In this document: positions 29,948-39,032 of the stretch, in pieces
How positions within the stretch are numbered: the first letter of the stretch is position 1
Layout of the letters: each line of letters begins with the position of its first letter
The notes under the pieces: generated by a model
What the model was told of the DNA's origin: nothing
Database searches by the model: none
Seen by the model: only the letters and a program-made list of their open reading frames with translations
Virus record (IMG/VR): IMGVR_UViG_3300045592_000084
Reading direction: 5' to 3' (one strand)
Source of the DNA: a virus
Length of the DNA stretch: 41,446 nucleotides
Translations under genes and position numbers: made by a program

Positions 29948-31651
29948 TTAGAAAGAATCTCCCGGGTCATAACTCTTCGCGTCCGCCGAAATATTCATAT
30001 TGCGGGCATCCAGATTATCGATTCTCGCCTTTGCCCCGTTTTCCCCAACCACATGAATCGTCATGCTGCCAACTCCAGCGGCCGGAGATGAGGGAGAACC
30101 ACCGGTAGCAGGGACTCCTGGGACTGCGGGTGCAGGTGCTGTTCCTCCTCCGCTCCATCCGACAAGATCTTTCAGCCACGACGGCGCCAGATTGGCCAGC
30201 GCGTCAAGCTTCGACATAATCCAGTCAAAAATCGGCTGGAGGATAGGTTTCAAGGCATCCCATGCCGCGCGAATAGGAAACGTAAGCGCGACAAAAGCAT
30301 CGCGTACCATCCCCGCCAAAAACACAAGCGCTCCGCCTATCACTCTGATAACCGGAGAAAGCCCGCGTATGATCGCGGAAATGGCGTCAATCGTTGTCCC
30401 TATGGAAACAGCCAGCACTCCTGCAAAGGCCAGAAATACCGTTTTCAAAACACGGATAACCGGCCCCGCCACCTCATAAAATTTTGCGGCGAGTATGCGC
30501 AGTTTCTCCGAAATGACATCCCAGTGCTGATAAATTACAGTCGCCAGATACACAACCGCGGCAACAGCCCCCGCGATAAGAAGCCCCGGGAGCCCGAAAG
30601 ACGCCATAAAAACGACTCTCACCCCATTCAGCGCGCTGACAAGCCGGGCGACGCTCATGATAAACCGTCCGATGCCCACACCCGCCAATACAGCGAGAAT
30701 CGTGTTCACTCCGCCGATAGCGTTAAACACCCACCCAAAAGCACCGATTACCGATGAAATCACTGTAATGACGGTGTCCCAGGGAACGCGCTCCAAGGCG
30801 TCAGAAAATGCCTGAACAGCCTCCGCGATCTTCTGGCTGATCAGCTCTTTGTTTCTCCCGATCACATCTTCCAGACGTTCAACCACCCGTTTGATGACAG
30901 GGGCAAGCCGCGCGCCAATGGTCGTCTGCAAAGCTGAAAGTGACATATGGAAAATATCCATTGTGTCGCCAAGCTCAGCTGCCGCCTTGACGTCATCAGA
31001 ACTGACAACAATCCCCAGCTCTTCAGCTTTCTTTGACATTTCGTCAAGCCCGGCTGCCCCGTCCTTCATCAGAGGGATCAGCCTGGCGGCCAGCTTGTCG
31101 CCAAAAACGTCCGTAAGAATCTGAAGCCTTGTCGCGGGATTCTCATTAACCTTGATCGCCTCAGAGAGTTCCCGAAATACCGTTGCGGAATCTTTAACGT
31201 GGCCCTTTGCGTCTTTCCATGAAACGCCCAAATCAGAAAACAGTTGGGGAAGATTTTTATTTTCCCCACTCGCGGCCTTCCCCATCTCCCCGGAGAGCTT
31301 GGAGAGCGCCCGATCCATTTCTTCGGCTTCCATCCCGGAAAGTTCCGCGGCAAACCGAAGCTTCTGCAGCGCTCCGGTTCCTACCCCTGCCCGCTGAGAT
31401 GCCTTGTCAATTGCGTCTCCCAGCTCGATAAACGTCTGGACAGAAGAAGCCACAGAGAACAGCCCCGCGCCGCCTACTGCCATCAATGGCGCGAAAACCT
31501 TTGAGGCAACGTCCCCAGCGGATCGGCTCACTCTGTCAAAAGCCCGATCAAGGCTCCTGAGATTCGTCCTGACTTTCTTCAGTTTCTCGGATATTTCGTC
31601 CTGGCAGGCAAGAACAGTTTTCAGCGAGAATACTTTGTTTGTTGCCGCCAT
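29948..31651 (-). CDS. Tail tape measure protein
   Basis: 567 aa. Helical N-terminal half and a Gly/Ala/Val-rich hydrophobic central region. Follows the chaperone pair. Confidence 0.85.
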   Translation of the reverse strand: MAATNKVFSLKTVLACQDEISEKLKKVRTNLRSLDRAFDRVSRSAGDVASKVFAPLMAVGGAGLFSVASSVQTFIELGDAIDKASQRAGVGTGALQKLRFAAELSGMEAEEMDRALSKLSGEMGKAASGENKNLPQLFSDLGVSWKDAKGHVKDSATVFRELSEAIKVNENPATRLQILTDVFGDKLAARLIPLMKDGAAGLDEMSKKAEELGIVVSSDDVKAAAELGDTMDIFHMSLSALQTTIGARLAPVIKRVVERLEDVIGRNKELISQKIAEAVQAFSDALERVPWDTVITVISSVIGAFGWVFNAIGGVNTILAVLAGVGIGRFIMSVARLVSALNGVRVVFMASFGLPGLLIAGAVAAVVYLATVIYQHWDVISEKLRILAAKFYEVAGPVIRVLKTVFLAFAGVLAVSIGTTIDAISAIIRGLSPVIRVIGGALVFLAGMVRDAFVALTFPIRAAWDALKPILQPIFDWIMSKLDALANLAPSWLKDLVGWSGGGTAPAPAVPGVPATGGSPSSPAAGVGSMTIHVVGENGAKARIDNLDARNMNISADAKSYDPGDSF

Positions 31652-32069
31652 CGTTCTTCCTCTTCGTGAATCTCGTTTGCCTGATACAGCAGTTCCTGGA
31701 TGTCAGACAAAGGCCGTTCTTCAAGTTCAAAGGGGTTGATGCCCCACCAGTGCGCCAGCTGGAACACCCGCCCCCTGAACTCTTTCTCACTTATTCCGGC
31801 GCACCACCGAAAAAACCAAGGACCAGCGCCATCAGCCCAATAAAATCAGAAGCCGAAATCTGATCCACAGTAGACGGAGGAATAGCCGCCAGCCGCTCGA
31901 TATAGTCGTAAACAACTGCCGCGTCGACACGCTTCTCCCCGGTAATCGGGAAGCCAAGCACCTTGATGTCCTTCGCGGTCGGCTCGCGCAGCTCCAGTAC
32001 TTCAATCGTGTCTTCGCCGCGCTTGATCGGTGCCGTAAGTTTGAATTCTGCCGCTCCCATCAGGACCAC
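31621..32069 (-). CDS. Tail assembly chaperone, long form made by -1 programmed frameshift
   Basis: The zero frame runs 32069..31809, then slips at T_TTT_TTC. The -1 frame stays open for a further 62 codons (RWCAGISEKEFRGRVFQLAHWWGINPFELEERPLSDIQELLYQANEIHEEEERW...) to TGA 31621-31623, overlapping the tape measure start. Confidence 0.6.
31791..32069 (-). CDS. Tail assembly chaperone, short form (P2 gpE / Mu gp41-like)
   Basis: 92 aa, between the tube and tape measure genes. C-terminal sequence DFIGLMALVLGFFGGAPE. Confidence 0.75.
   Translation of the reverse strand: MVLMGAAEFKLTAPIKRGEDTIEVLELREPTAKDIKVLGFPITGEKRVDAAVVYDYIERLAAIPPSTVDQISASDFIGLMALVLGFFGGAPE
31809..31815 (-). promoter_or_regulatory. 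Slippery heptamer T_TTT_TTC for the -1 frameshift
   Basis: Minus-strand sequence GGT TTT TTC, with zero-frame codons at 31817-31809. Confidence 0.6.
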
Positions 32070-32422
32070 GCTCCTTTAACGCCGGTAAAAGTCAGCTCAA
32101 TTGTGCCTTCTCCGGTTTTGTAGCTCACATCACCGGAAACAAAAGCGTCAGAAAGCGTGTAAACCTTCCCTGTCACCAGTTCCGCGGTTACAGTGAACTC
32201 CGTCCCATTCATCAGTTTCTTCAGCGGGAAATCCGCCGTAACATTGAATGTCCCCGAAATAGTCGGGGCAACCGCTTCTTCCGAATATCCGGCAAGCCCG
32301 GTAGACCCCATAACAGCCTCCCGCTTCACCTCCGCGGACTGAATGGAAATCGAATTGGAACTGACAGAAAGCTGCTCTCCGTCAACCTTCAGGTAACACG
32401 TACCCGCAATGCCTTTAGCCAT
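32060..32422 (-). CDS. Tail tube protein
   Basis: 120 aa, directly downstream of the sheath gene, with Mu gpM-like size. Confidence 0.7.
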   Translation of the reverse strand: MAKGIAGTCYLKVDGEQLSVSSNSISIQSAEVKREAVMGSTGLAGYSEEAVAPTISGTFNVTADFPLKKLMNGTEFTVTAELVTGKVYTLSDAFVSGDVSYKTGEGTIELTFTGVKGAWS

Positions 32423-32433
32423 TTTCTAAATCC

Positions 32434-33924
32434 TCATTCGTTGTACTGAAGACGGAACTGAACCAGTGTCGCGAAAATCCGCAGCTGATTCACAAGATCG
32501 GGCGGCAGGAGTACATCTACCCGATTCGGGTCTGACGCGTTTCTCTCAACAATCAGGTTTTCAGCAAATGCCTCCGCGTTCTCGACAATGCCCTCTGTCT
32601 CCAGGCGGGAATACATGGCGATAATTTCTGATTTGATTACAGAAGGCGTAACAATCGCCTGGCCGGGGCCGTAATGAGTCCCGTCATCCGCCAGTTTGCA
32701 GCGCGGATACTTAGACGTGGCAACACTCTTAAGGCGCCGAATGATGTAAGCCAAAGAATGGAGTGTGTTGCTGTCAAGATAACTGGTGTCAGCGTCCCCC
32801 AGACTATTTGTCTGATAGGTCGTAATGCAGCGCTCAATTCTCACATACCCACCCGCGACATAACTGGTCGCGATTCCCGATGTAAGCAGTGTCTGCTTCT
32901 CGGTAAGGGTAAATCTCTTCCCAATTGGAGAAGGCGTAATCCCAACCAGTTCAAGCGTCTGAAGCGGACGCGCCGGATCATTCTGAATAGCCGTGAGGCA
33001 GCTCCCGACCAGCGCCCCAAGAACCTCAACCGCGAGACTCGGGCATTTCGGCTCAACGGCCATCACCGTTAAGTGCTGGTCGTTAAGCCCTTTCCCAAAC
33101 GCCTGAAGGTTACTGACGGTATCACGCTTCGCGGTATACACATGCCCATAAATCTGCCGGGTAGGGCTCCACCTGCCGGTTTTGTCATTCATTTCCGTGG
33201 TGAAACTCGCAATATGAGCTCCATCCGCGTATGGCATGGCGATGAAATCATACGATTCATCCCCCATGGCTGTAATAACTGCCTCCAGATCGGCCTCTCC
33301 CGATCCCCCTGACAGAGCGGCAACTTCGCACGCAATGCCTTCAGGCAGCTCCTCCCCCGCCGCATATCCTTGGAAGTTCAACTGCAGAGCAATGTCATTC
33401 CCATATGCGCCGGTATTCTTTGCCTGGATCGTGACAACGCCTTCTGACGCTTCAGCCGTTACCGGCAAATCGGTTTTGGCGTTAATCCCCGCAGTGACCG
33501 CCTTCGCAACTGCGGCAGCGTCTGAGGAGTTCGGGATATTAATAGCTACGCAATCCGCCCCAATGTAAACGTAAACCGTTCCCGCCGCCGTGACCGTCCC
33601 GGAAAAAGTGAGGGTTCCTGATGCTTTCTTCCCGCCTTCCGGGTCGGAGACAGCAATAGCCCATACTTCGCCAACGCTGTTATTCTCGCGGAACGCTGAA
33701 TTCATCCGCGCCAGCATCGACCCATGGCCAAAAAGCTCTTTCCCCTGGCTGTCACCGGTAACCAGAACCGGGACTCCGTCTTCTGCCTTGCCACTGGATA
33801 CCTTCTGCCCAATCAGAAGCGCTTTCAGGTTGTTTGACCCGATATTCGCCTGGGAATTATCAACCTCAGCATAAAAAAGCGGGACCCTGACCCCGCTGGG
33901 AATATTTGAAAACGAAATTGCCAT
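32434..33924 (-). CDS. Contractile tail sheath protein
   Basis: 496 aa, with Mu gpL-like size and position. N-terminal sequence FSNIPSGVRVPLFYAEVD. Confidence 0.85.
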   Translation of the reverse strand: MAISFSNIPSGVRVPLFYAEVDNSQANIGSNNLKALLIGQKVSSGKAEDGVPVLVTGDSQGKELFGHGSMLARMNSAFRENNSVGEVWAIAVSDPEGGKKASGTLTFSGTVTAAGTVYVYIGADCVAINIPNSSDAAAVAKAVTAGINAKTDLPVTAEASEGVVTIQAKNTGAYGNDIALQLNFQGYAAGEELPEGIACEVAALSGGSGEADLEAVITAMGDESYDFIAMPYADGAHIASFTTEMNDKTGRWSPTRQIYGHVYTAKRDTVSNLQAFGKGLNDQHLTVMAVEPKCPSLAVEVLGALVGSCLTAIQNDPARPLQTLELVGITPSPIGKRFTLTEKQTLLTSGIATSYVAGGYVRIERCITTYQTNSLGDADTSYLDSNTLHSLAYIIRRLKSVATSKYPRCKLADDGTHYGPGQAIVTPSVIKSEIIAMYSRLETEGIVENAEAFAENLIVERNASDPNRVDVLLPPDLVNQLRIFATLVQFRLQYNE

Positions 33925-34479
33925 TTAAGACCCCGCTTTTTTGTCTAAATTAACCTTAAAACTTACTGCATCAACCCAGTCCGCCGGGGCTGGATCAATT
34001 TTCGAATCAATACCTTTCAAATCAGGCAAGCCATCAAGCTCCCGCCCATGCCCCGTATCTGCGTCAACAACGTCGTAAGAAACAGAGAAAGACAGCTGAA
34101 GCGCCAGCCGGGCCCGATTAAGATCCGGATCTGAATAGCCTTCATAGACAATCTCATCCGTCTCGGCGGTTGAGGTTCCTAGAATCGCTTTGAAAATCTC
34201 AGCCTTCAGATCTTCAATCGCGTCAAAAGCATCCTGCCCTCGTTCCTGATCAGCCGTAGATACCAAAATAACAACACAAAAGATCTGTTTGACACGCTGT
34301 CGGTAATCGGTCCCCATGCTGTCCATGTCTTCCCCGATCTCAGATACCGGCAAAACAAAGGCGCAAGGCATCGGCAGATTGGTAATATCAATGGCCGCGT
34401 ATTCCGCCGCGCCCCCAACCCGCCCTTCAAAACTCGAGCAGTAGGCTCTAAGAGCTGAAATGATCGTCGCAAGCTTCAT
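33925..34479 (-). CDS. Putative tail terminator / completion protein (Mu gpK position)
   Basis: 184 aa, immediately upstream of the sheath gene. ATGA overlap with the upstream gene. Confidence 0.45.
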   Translation of the reverse strand: MKLATIISALRAYCSSFEGRVGGAAEYAAIDITNLPMPCAFVLPVSEIGEDMDSMGTDYRQRVKQIFCVVILVSTADQERGQDAFDAIEDLKAEIFKAILGTSTAETDEIVYEGYSDPDLNRARLALQLSFSVSYDVVDADTGHGRELDGLPDLKGIDSKIDPAPADWVDAVSFKVNLDKKAGS

Positions 34480-34991
34480 CCCGATATGATCCCCGGCTTA
34501 AGTGCCTCATCAAGAATTTCCGCCATATCTTTCTGATACGCTTCATTCCCGTATTGATTGGCCGCCTCAACAATCCAGTTTTTGCGAGGAGCCGCTACCT
34601 TTTCCCCGTGCCTCTTTTTGTGCTGCTGCCGTCTGTCCGGCTTACGAAGCGCGTTCCTGTCCGCTCCCGGCGCCCTGTGCCCCCAATACACAAAAGCGGG
34701 GTAATAAGCTCCCCGCTCCCGAATGCTGTTGGTCATATAGTTGGCAATACCAACCGAAAACCCTGAATGGGACACCCGGTACTTAATCGAGCCCCTGAGT
34801 TTCCCCGTACTCATCCCCGGGAATTCATCCGCCTTCGAAACTCCTCTGGTACTGACGTTCTTCTTGGCCATCCCCTGGACTTTCTGTCCTATCTTTCGGA
34901 ATGACCGTTTCAGCACCTTGGTGTCAAAATCGACAAAACGGAAGGGCTTCCGGAACCGAACCGAAAACTCAAGCGCAGATGCTTTATCCAT
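34476..34991 (-). CDS. HK97 gp10-like neck/tail-completion protein
   Basis: Start at ATG 34989-34991 (MDKASALEF...). Position after the head-closure gene and a basic central region as in the gp10 family. Confidence 0.5.
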   Translation of the reverse strand: MDKASALEFSVRFRKPFRFVDFDTKVLKRSFRKIGQKVQGMAKKNVSTRGVSKADEFPGMSTGKLRGSIKYRVSHSGFSVGIANYMTNSIRERGAYYPAFVYWGHRAPGADRNALRKPDRRQQHKKRHGEKVAAPRKNWIVEAANQYGNEAYQKDMAEILDEALKPGIISG

Positions 34992-35346
34992 GGAGTGCCT
35001 CACATTCAAGTGCGGTAAATCTCCCCACTCCATTCATGTCAGTGACGCGCCGGACGCGATACGTAATCCCATCGCAATCAAGCTCAATCATCCGTTTCAG
35101 ACTTGGAGGGGTCGTCTGCAGTGACTTTGAGTACCGGATAATGAATCGATCTGTCACGGTTTCTTCAACATTCACCGAGTCCCAGTAATTCTGCCCGCCT
35201 ACTATTTCATGCTTCGCCCATGCTTCCAGCATCAATACTCGCTTTTCTGAAAGCGCCGAAGCCCCCGAAGAAGAGAACGCAACGTTATAAATCGCAACCC
35301 GCCTTCTCATTTCGCCTACCGTCGGAAGCTGCATATCGCCCCTCAA
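34984..35346 (-). CDS. Head closure / head-tail joining protein
   Basis: 120 aa. Has the GEMRRRV motif near the N-terminus. ATGA overlap with the connector gene. Confidence 0.6.
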   Translation of the reverse strand: MRGDMQLPTVGEMRRRVAIYNVAFSSSGASALSEKRVLMLEAWAKHEIVGGQNYWDSVNVEETVTDRFIIRYSKSLQTTPPSLKRMIELDCDGITYRVRRVTDMNGVGRFTALECEALHG

Positions 35347-35663
35347 AAAGTTCTATACCCATCCAGCAAATGGTCATAAAACCGCCGACCGGTAGCCACT
35401 GGGCTCTCAGACGCCCCCCGCTTCTCATACAGATCCGTTACGGTCAGAAGCACCCATGTTTTGACTGCCGCGGGGACGGTATCCACAGACTCACACAGCG
35501 CGTTGCTATCCGCCCTCTTCACGATCTCCCGCCCACATATCTGCTCACACTGCGCGGTAGCCGCGGCAATATATGCTGTGATAAGGGCGTCATCCTCGGT
35601 GTACTCAACACGCAGCTGCTTCTTCGCTGTCTCCAGATCTACGGCGCCAACAACATCACTCAT
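35343..35663 (-). CDS. Head-tail connector (gp6-like, DNA-packaging QLRG-type)
   Basis: 106 aa. The segment LETAKKQLRVEYTEDDALITAYIAAATAQCE is typical of gp6-like connectors. Confidence 0.7.
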   Translation of the reverse strand: MSDVVGAVDLETAKKQLRVEYTEDDALITAYIAAATAQCEQICGREIVKRADSNALCESVDTVPAAVKTWVLLTVTDLYEKRGASESPVATGRRFYDHLLDGYRTF

Positions 35664-35841
35664 TTTCCCCGCCCTTCTTCACTGCCTTCCGCGGTCTGCC
35701 CTCCGGTTTGAGCGCTTTTGCCGCCCGTGCCAGCCCGGCTTCAACCAAAACAATGGCATATGGGTCATAAATCTCTTCAACATCTCCAGCCTTGTGACGC
35801 CCAATCATTGAAAGGCTGTCTTTCAGAAATTCAATTCGCAT
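35656..35841 (-). CDS. Hypothetical small head-module protein
   Basis: 61 aa, between the capsid and connector genes. No motif recognised. Confidence 0.4.
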   Translation of the reverse strand: MRIEFLKDSLSMIGRHKAGDVEEIYDPYAIVLVEAGLARAAKALKPEGRPRKAVKKGGENE

Positions 35842-35898
35842 ACAAAAAGCGGGAGAGTTTCCTCTCCCGCCCCAGTCAAACCAAACGGTTATGGCTTA

Positions 35899-37083
35899 TC
35901 AGGCCGAAGGAACAGCGAGCGCGCCGCCGATAACCGCGTTGGAATGCTCAACCGCAAGCGCAAGACGACGTTCGGCTCGGATCGTATAGAGGTTCTTGAT
36001 GAAGTCATCCTCATTCTGCGCGGCAATGTCGACCACCGTAGACATACGGTCATAGACCGTTGCGGCACGGGCGAAGTCGCCGGCAAGGAACTTGCCCTTA
36101 GCCATAGCGGCAGACTCAACTACGCGGACTCCCCAGATCGAAGACGACGCGAAGGAGTTAGCCGGAGACCCAAGCAGATACACACCATCCGCCGCCTTCA
36201 GCCCCTGAAGAACCGCCCAATCCACCGGATTAAGCACTACCGCGCTTGTGCGGTAGCCCGCGGCGTTAATAGTCGCGAAGCTCACGCGGAGCAGGTCAAG
36301 CATCGTCGAGCCGGCGCCGCCAATGTCAGCAAGCTGAAAGCTCTGAGCGGTATAGTTCCCTGCCGCCATAATGCCGGACAGATTGGAAGAAGTCCCATCC
36401 CCTGTCAGCAGCTGATCCTCAGCCGCAAGGTCCACACCGTAGATCATGCGCGCGTTAATGAAAGCCTGGAGAGCCGGAGCATCATCAGCAAGCTGACGGG
36501 TAATCTTGGTCCAATGCGCGATCACCTGAACAGGGGTCTGCTTCAGTTCGAACTCGAAAGAGGAGGAGGGCTTCAGCGCCGCCTCCGCGACCGTAGCGGC
36601 TCCATTCGTGAAAGTCTTCTCACGCATGTACTCAATCGTCTGGGCCGCAGTCGGAATCCTCGGGAAGAGCCCCTCAATCGTAAGCTCACGAGTGTCAAGC
36701 GGGACAATACCCGGGACACGATACGGAACCAGTTTTGCCTGAGCCGAAGTGACGGGATTCTCTGCCGACTTATTCGAAACCTCAGCCGACGCGGAACGAG
36801 CGCCCGAAGTGCCCTTGAAGCGCTTATAGGAATCAGAGTTTACAAACTGCGCCCCAATCGATTTATCCACCAGATCGGCGGCACCCTCTGCCTTCTGGGC
36901 TTTCTGCTGGATATCCAGCAGCTGGCGGGAAAAAAGCACCTGCTTCTCTCCCAGCTCGTCAATCTTCTTCTGGACATCCGCCTGCGCGGCTTCGCCCTTC
37001 TTAACGGATTCCTGCATGCCCGCGATAGAGGCGTCAATCTTGGAAAGAGCCTCAAGAGCGGTATTGATTTCTTCTGTTGCCAT
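35899..37083 (-). CDS. Major capsid protein, HK97 family
   Basis: 394 aa. N-terminal coiled-coil delta-like domain, then an HK97-fold body. Follows the prohead protease. Confidence 0.9.
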   Translation of the reverse strand: MATEEINTALEALSKIDASIAGMQESVKKGEAAQADVQKKIDELGEKQVLFSRQLLDIQQKAQKAEGAADLVDKSIGAQFVNSDSYKRFKGTSGARSASAEVSNKSAENPVTSAQAKLVPYRVPGIVPLDTRELTIEGLFPRIPTAAQTIEYMREKTFTNGAATVAEAALKPSSSFEFELKQTPVQVIAHWTKITRQLADDAPALQAFINARMIYGVDLAAEDQLLTGDGTSSNLSGIMAAGNYTAQSFQLADIGGAGSTMLDLLRVSFATINAAGYRTSAVVLNPVDWAVLQGLKAADGVYLLGSPANSFASSSIWGVRVVESAAMAKGKFLAGDFARAATVYDRMSTVVDIAAQNEDDFIKNLYTIRAERRLALAVEHSNAVIGGALAVPSA

Positions 37084-37102
37084 ATATCAGTTCCTCTGAT
37101 AG

Positions 37103-37774
37103 TTAGAACCTTCCGGCGATAGTCTTAAGTTTCGCCAGTACCTGTTTTTCAGCTTCAGACTCAGAATCCCTCTGATCCCTTTCGCTGAGAATCAGCTCTT
37201 TGGCCTTCGAAATAAAGGCCTGAGCCTGAGCTTTGGACAGGCCTGCGTCCCGCAGGTTCTCTTCAAGCTCCCGAATAGAAATTGCTCCCTGAATGTCTTC
37301 ACACTTCACCAGGCCAATACGCGCCCGGTCATCAGCGGGGAATGTGCAGACCGAAATTTCCCGCAGCCCGGAAACTGATTTGATGTTCCGTCCGCCGTCC
37401 TCGTTCCAGTCATAGTCCTGTTTGGAAAGCAGGATCCCAACGGAGAGCCCGTCAATCGTCCCCGCTCTCATCGCTTCATAGACATCCCGGGCCTTTTGAA
37501 TCGAAAGGGTCAGCTTCCCTTCAACATAAAGTCCCTGGGCGTTCTCCTTCATCGCCGTATACCGACCAATCGGGAGATCCATCGTGTTGTGGTTCAGAAA
37601 GATCGGCGGCATTTTCTCTCCCAGGACCTTTTGATAGGCTCCGGGGAGAATGGTGTCACCATAGCTGTCAATGCCGTTGAACTTTGAGGCGTAACCGCGG
37701 AAAACTCCCGCGTCTCCTTCTGTCTTCAGTTCCACATCATCGAGCGAAAGCGTCTTTTCAATAATCTGCGTCAT
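37103..37774 (-). CDS. Prohead maturation protease (HK97 / S78 family)
   Basis: Start at ATG 37772-37774 (MTQIIEK...). Motifs FRGYASKFNGIDSYGDTILPGAY and FLNHN. Confidence 0.85.
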   Translation of the reverse strand: MTQIIEKTLSLDDVELKTEGDAGVFRGYASKFNGIDSYGDTILPGAYQKVLGEKMPPIFLNHNTMDLPIGRYTAMKENAQGLYVEGKLTLSIQKARDVYEAMRAGTIDGLSVGILLSKQDYDWNEDGGRNIKSVSGLREISVCTFPADDRARIGLVKCEDIQGAISIRELEENLRDAGLSKAQAQAFISKAKELILSERDQRDSESEAEKQVLAKLKTIAGRF

Positions 37775-37781
37775 ATGCGCC

Positions 37782-39032
37782 TCACTGCTTAATTGGTTCC
37801 CCCAGCGGGGTCTGGCTGGTGTTTTTCTGCTCCCCAAGCTTGTCAAGCGGGACAAGATTGTTCTGGGCAGTCAGCGCGTCCGCGCCATCCACAACCGGAA
37901 GGTTCTCGAGCCGCCTCACCTCATTCCGTGTCATGAAGCCGTTCTGGAGTGCTTTGCTGTAGCTGTCATACCGACTGGCGATATTCGCTCTCTGAAGCGC
38001 GCTCATCTTGAACTCGCAATTAAGCGTCTCGCTTTCGAGAACCGTAAACAGCGTTTTCGTAAGCGTTTGTTCAAGGCCAGTGCAAAGCGGCTGAATCGTC
38101 GACCGATAAAAGCCTTCAATAATCTGCTCAAGCCCACTTGCCGCCGTACCGCCAGAGCTATTAAGAAGCGCGCTGGGAACACCAAACCACCTACCTATCT
38201 CCTCAATCCCAAACTGCCGGGTTTCCAGCAGCTGCGCGTCAGCGGCCGACATCGCGATCTGCTGATATTTCATATCCCCCGGAAGAACATGAAGCCAATC
38301 GCTTGAATTCCCGGTCACCGGCGGGAGATTCCCATATCGCTCCCTCAGCTGCCGAATCTGGTCTTCCGTCAGATCCTGGTCAATCATCAGCAGACCGGTC
38401 AGCTGGTTGCCATTACCGTACATCGTTGTGGCATTCTTCTGCGCATTCACAAGCTCTGCCGTGGTTGCCTGCATATACTCGAGCGTAGACAACCCCACAA
38501 TGCCGTTCCCCAGCCCCTTCCAATGCAGAATTTTGTCGGCTCTGAACTCGTAGAGGTTCCCGTCCTTGTAATACTGATAGACAACCTCGCCATTTACCAC
38601 GCCGACCTCCATCTGGTCAGCGGCAAGAGGTGTCAGACTCACAAGCTGCCCCGCACCGTCCCTTGTAATGAGCGCATACGCATTCCCTCGAAGGAACCGA
38701 TTCAGCCCCATCGCGAGCCAGAAATCATGCGGCGTCATATTGGCATTTGGCGCGCGGAGCACCTGCCACACTCGGCAATTCCGTTCTTCCTCCCGATTCC
38801 CATCAGAATCTCTGCGATAAACAACAATGGGCAGAGACGCTATTGTTTCCGCAAGCAGAGTGACGCATGACCATACTGCCGAAAGCTGAAGGCCATGGTC
38901 CGGCGGAATCGGACGGACGCCGCTGACAGCTGCCCCCGTTGGCAATCGGTTCTGGACCCCGGACGCGTCGCCGATAGGTGAGCCCCACCCCACCATATGG
39001 GCAATAGACCCAAAAATAGAGGATATCTTCAT
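37782..39032 (-). CDS. Portal protein, HK97 family
   Basis: 416 aa, between TerL and the protease, with the typical portal length and pattern. Confidence 0.9.
   Translation of the reverse strand: MKISSIFGSIAHMVGWGSPIGDASGVQNRLPTGAAVSGVRPIPPDHGLQLSAVWSCVTLLAETIASLPIVVYRRDSDGNREEERNCRVWQVLRAPNANMTPHDFWLAMGLNRFLRGNAYALITRDGAGQLVSLTPLAADQMEVGVVNGEVVYQYYKDGNLYEFRADKILHWKGLGNGIVGLSTLEYMQATTAELVNAQKNATTMYGNGNQLTGLLMIDQDLTEDQIRQLRERYGNLPPVTGNSSDWLHVLPGDMKYQQIAMSAADAQLLETRQFGIEEIGRWFGVPSALLNSSGGTAASGLEQIIEGFYRSTIQPLCTGLEQTLTKTLFTVLESETLNCEFKMSALQRANIASRYDSYSKALQNGFMTRNEVRRLENLPVVDGADALTAQNNLVPLDKLGEQKNTSQTPLGEPIKQ

Noticed and set aside
31548-31790. 80-aa ORF-track entry downstream of the chaperone gene
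   Set aside because: It is in the wrong frame relative to the slippery heptamer. Its Gly/Cys/Ser/Arg-rich sequence looks non-protein-like. The real extension is the other frame, ending at 31621.
35944-37122. 392-aa plus-strand ORF, the longest plus ORF in the late region
   Set aside because: It is entirely antisense to the HK97-type major capsid gene in the codon-aligned frame. The sequence is Arg/Leu/Ser-rich and low-complexity, with no SD and no operon context. It is a typical shadow ORF.
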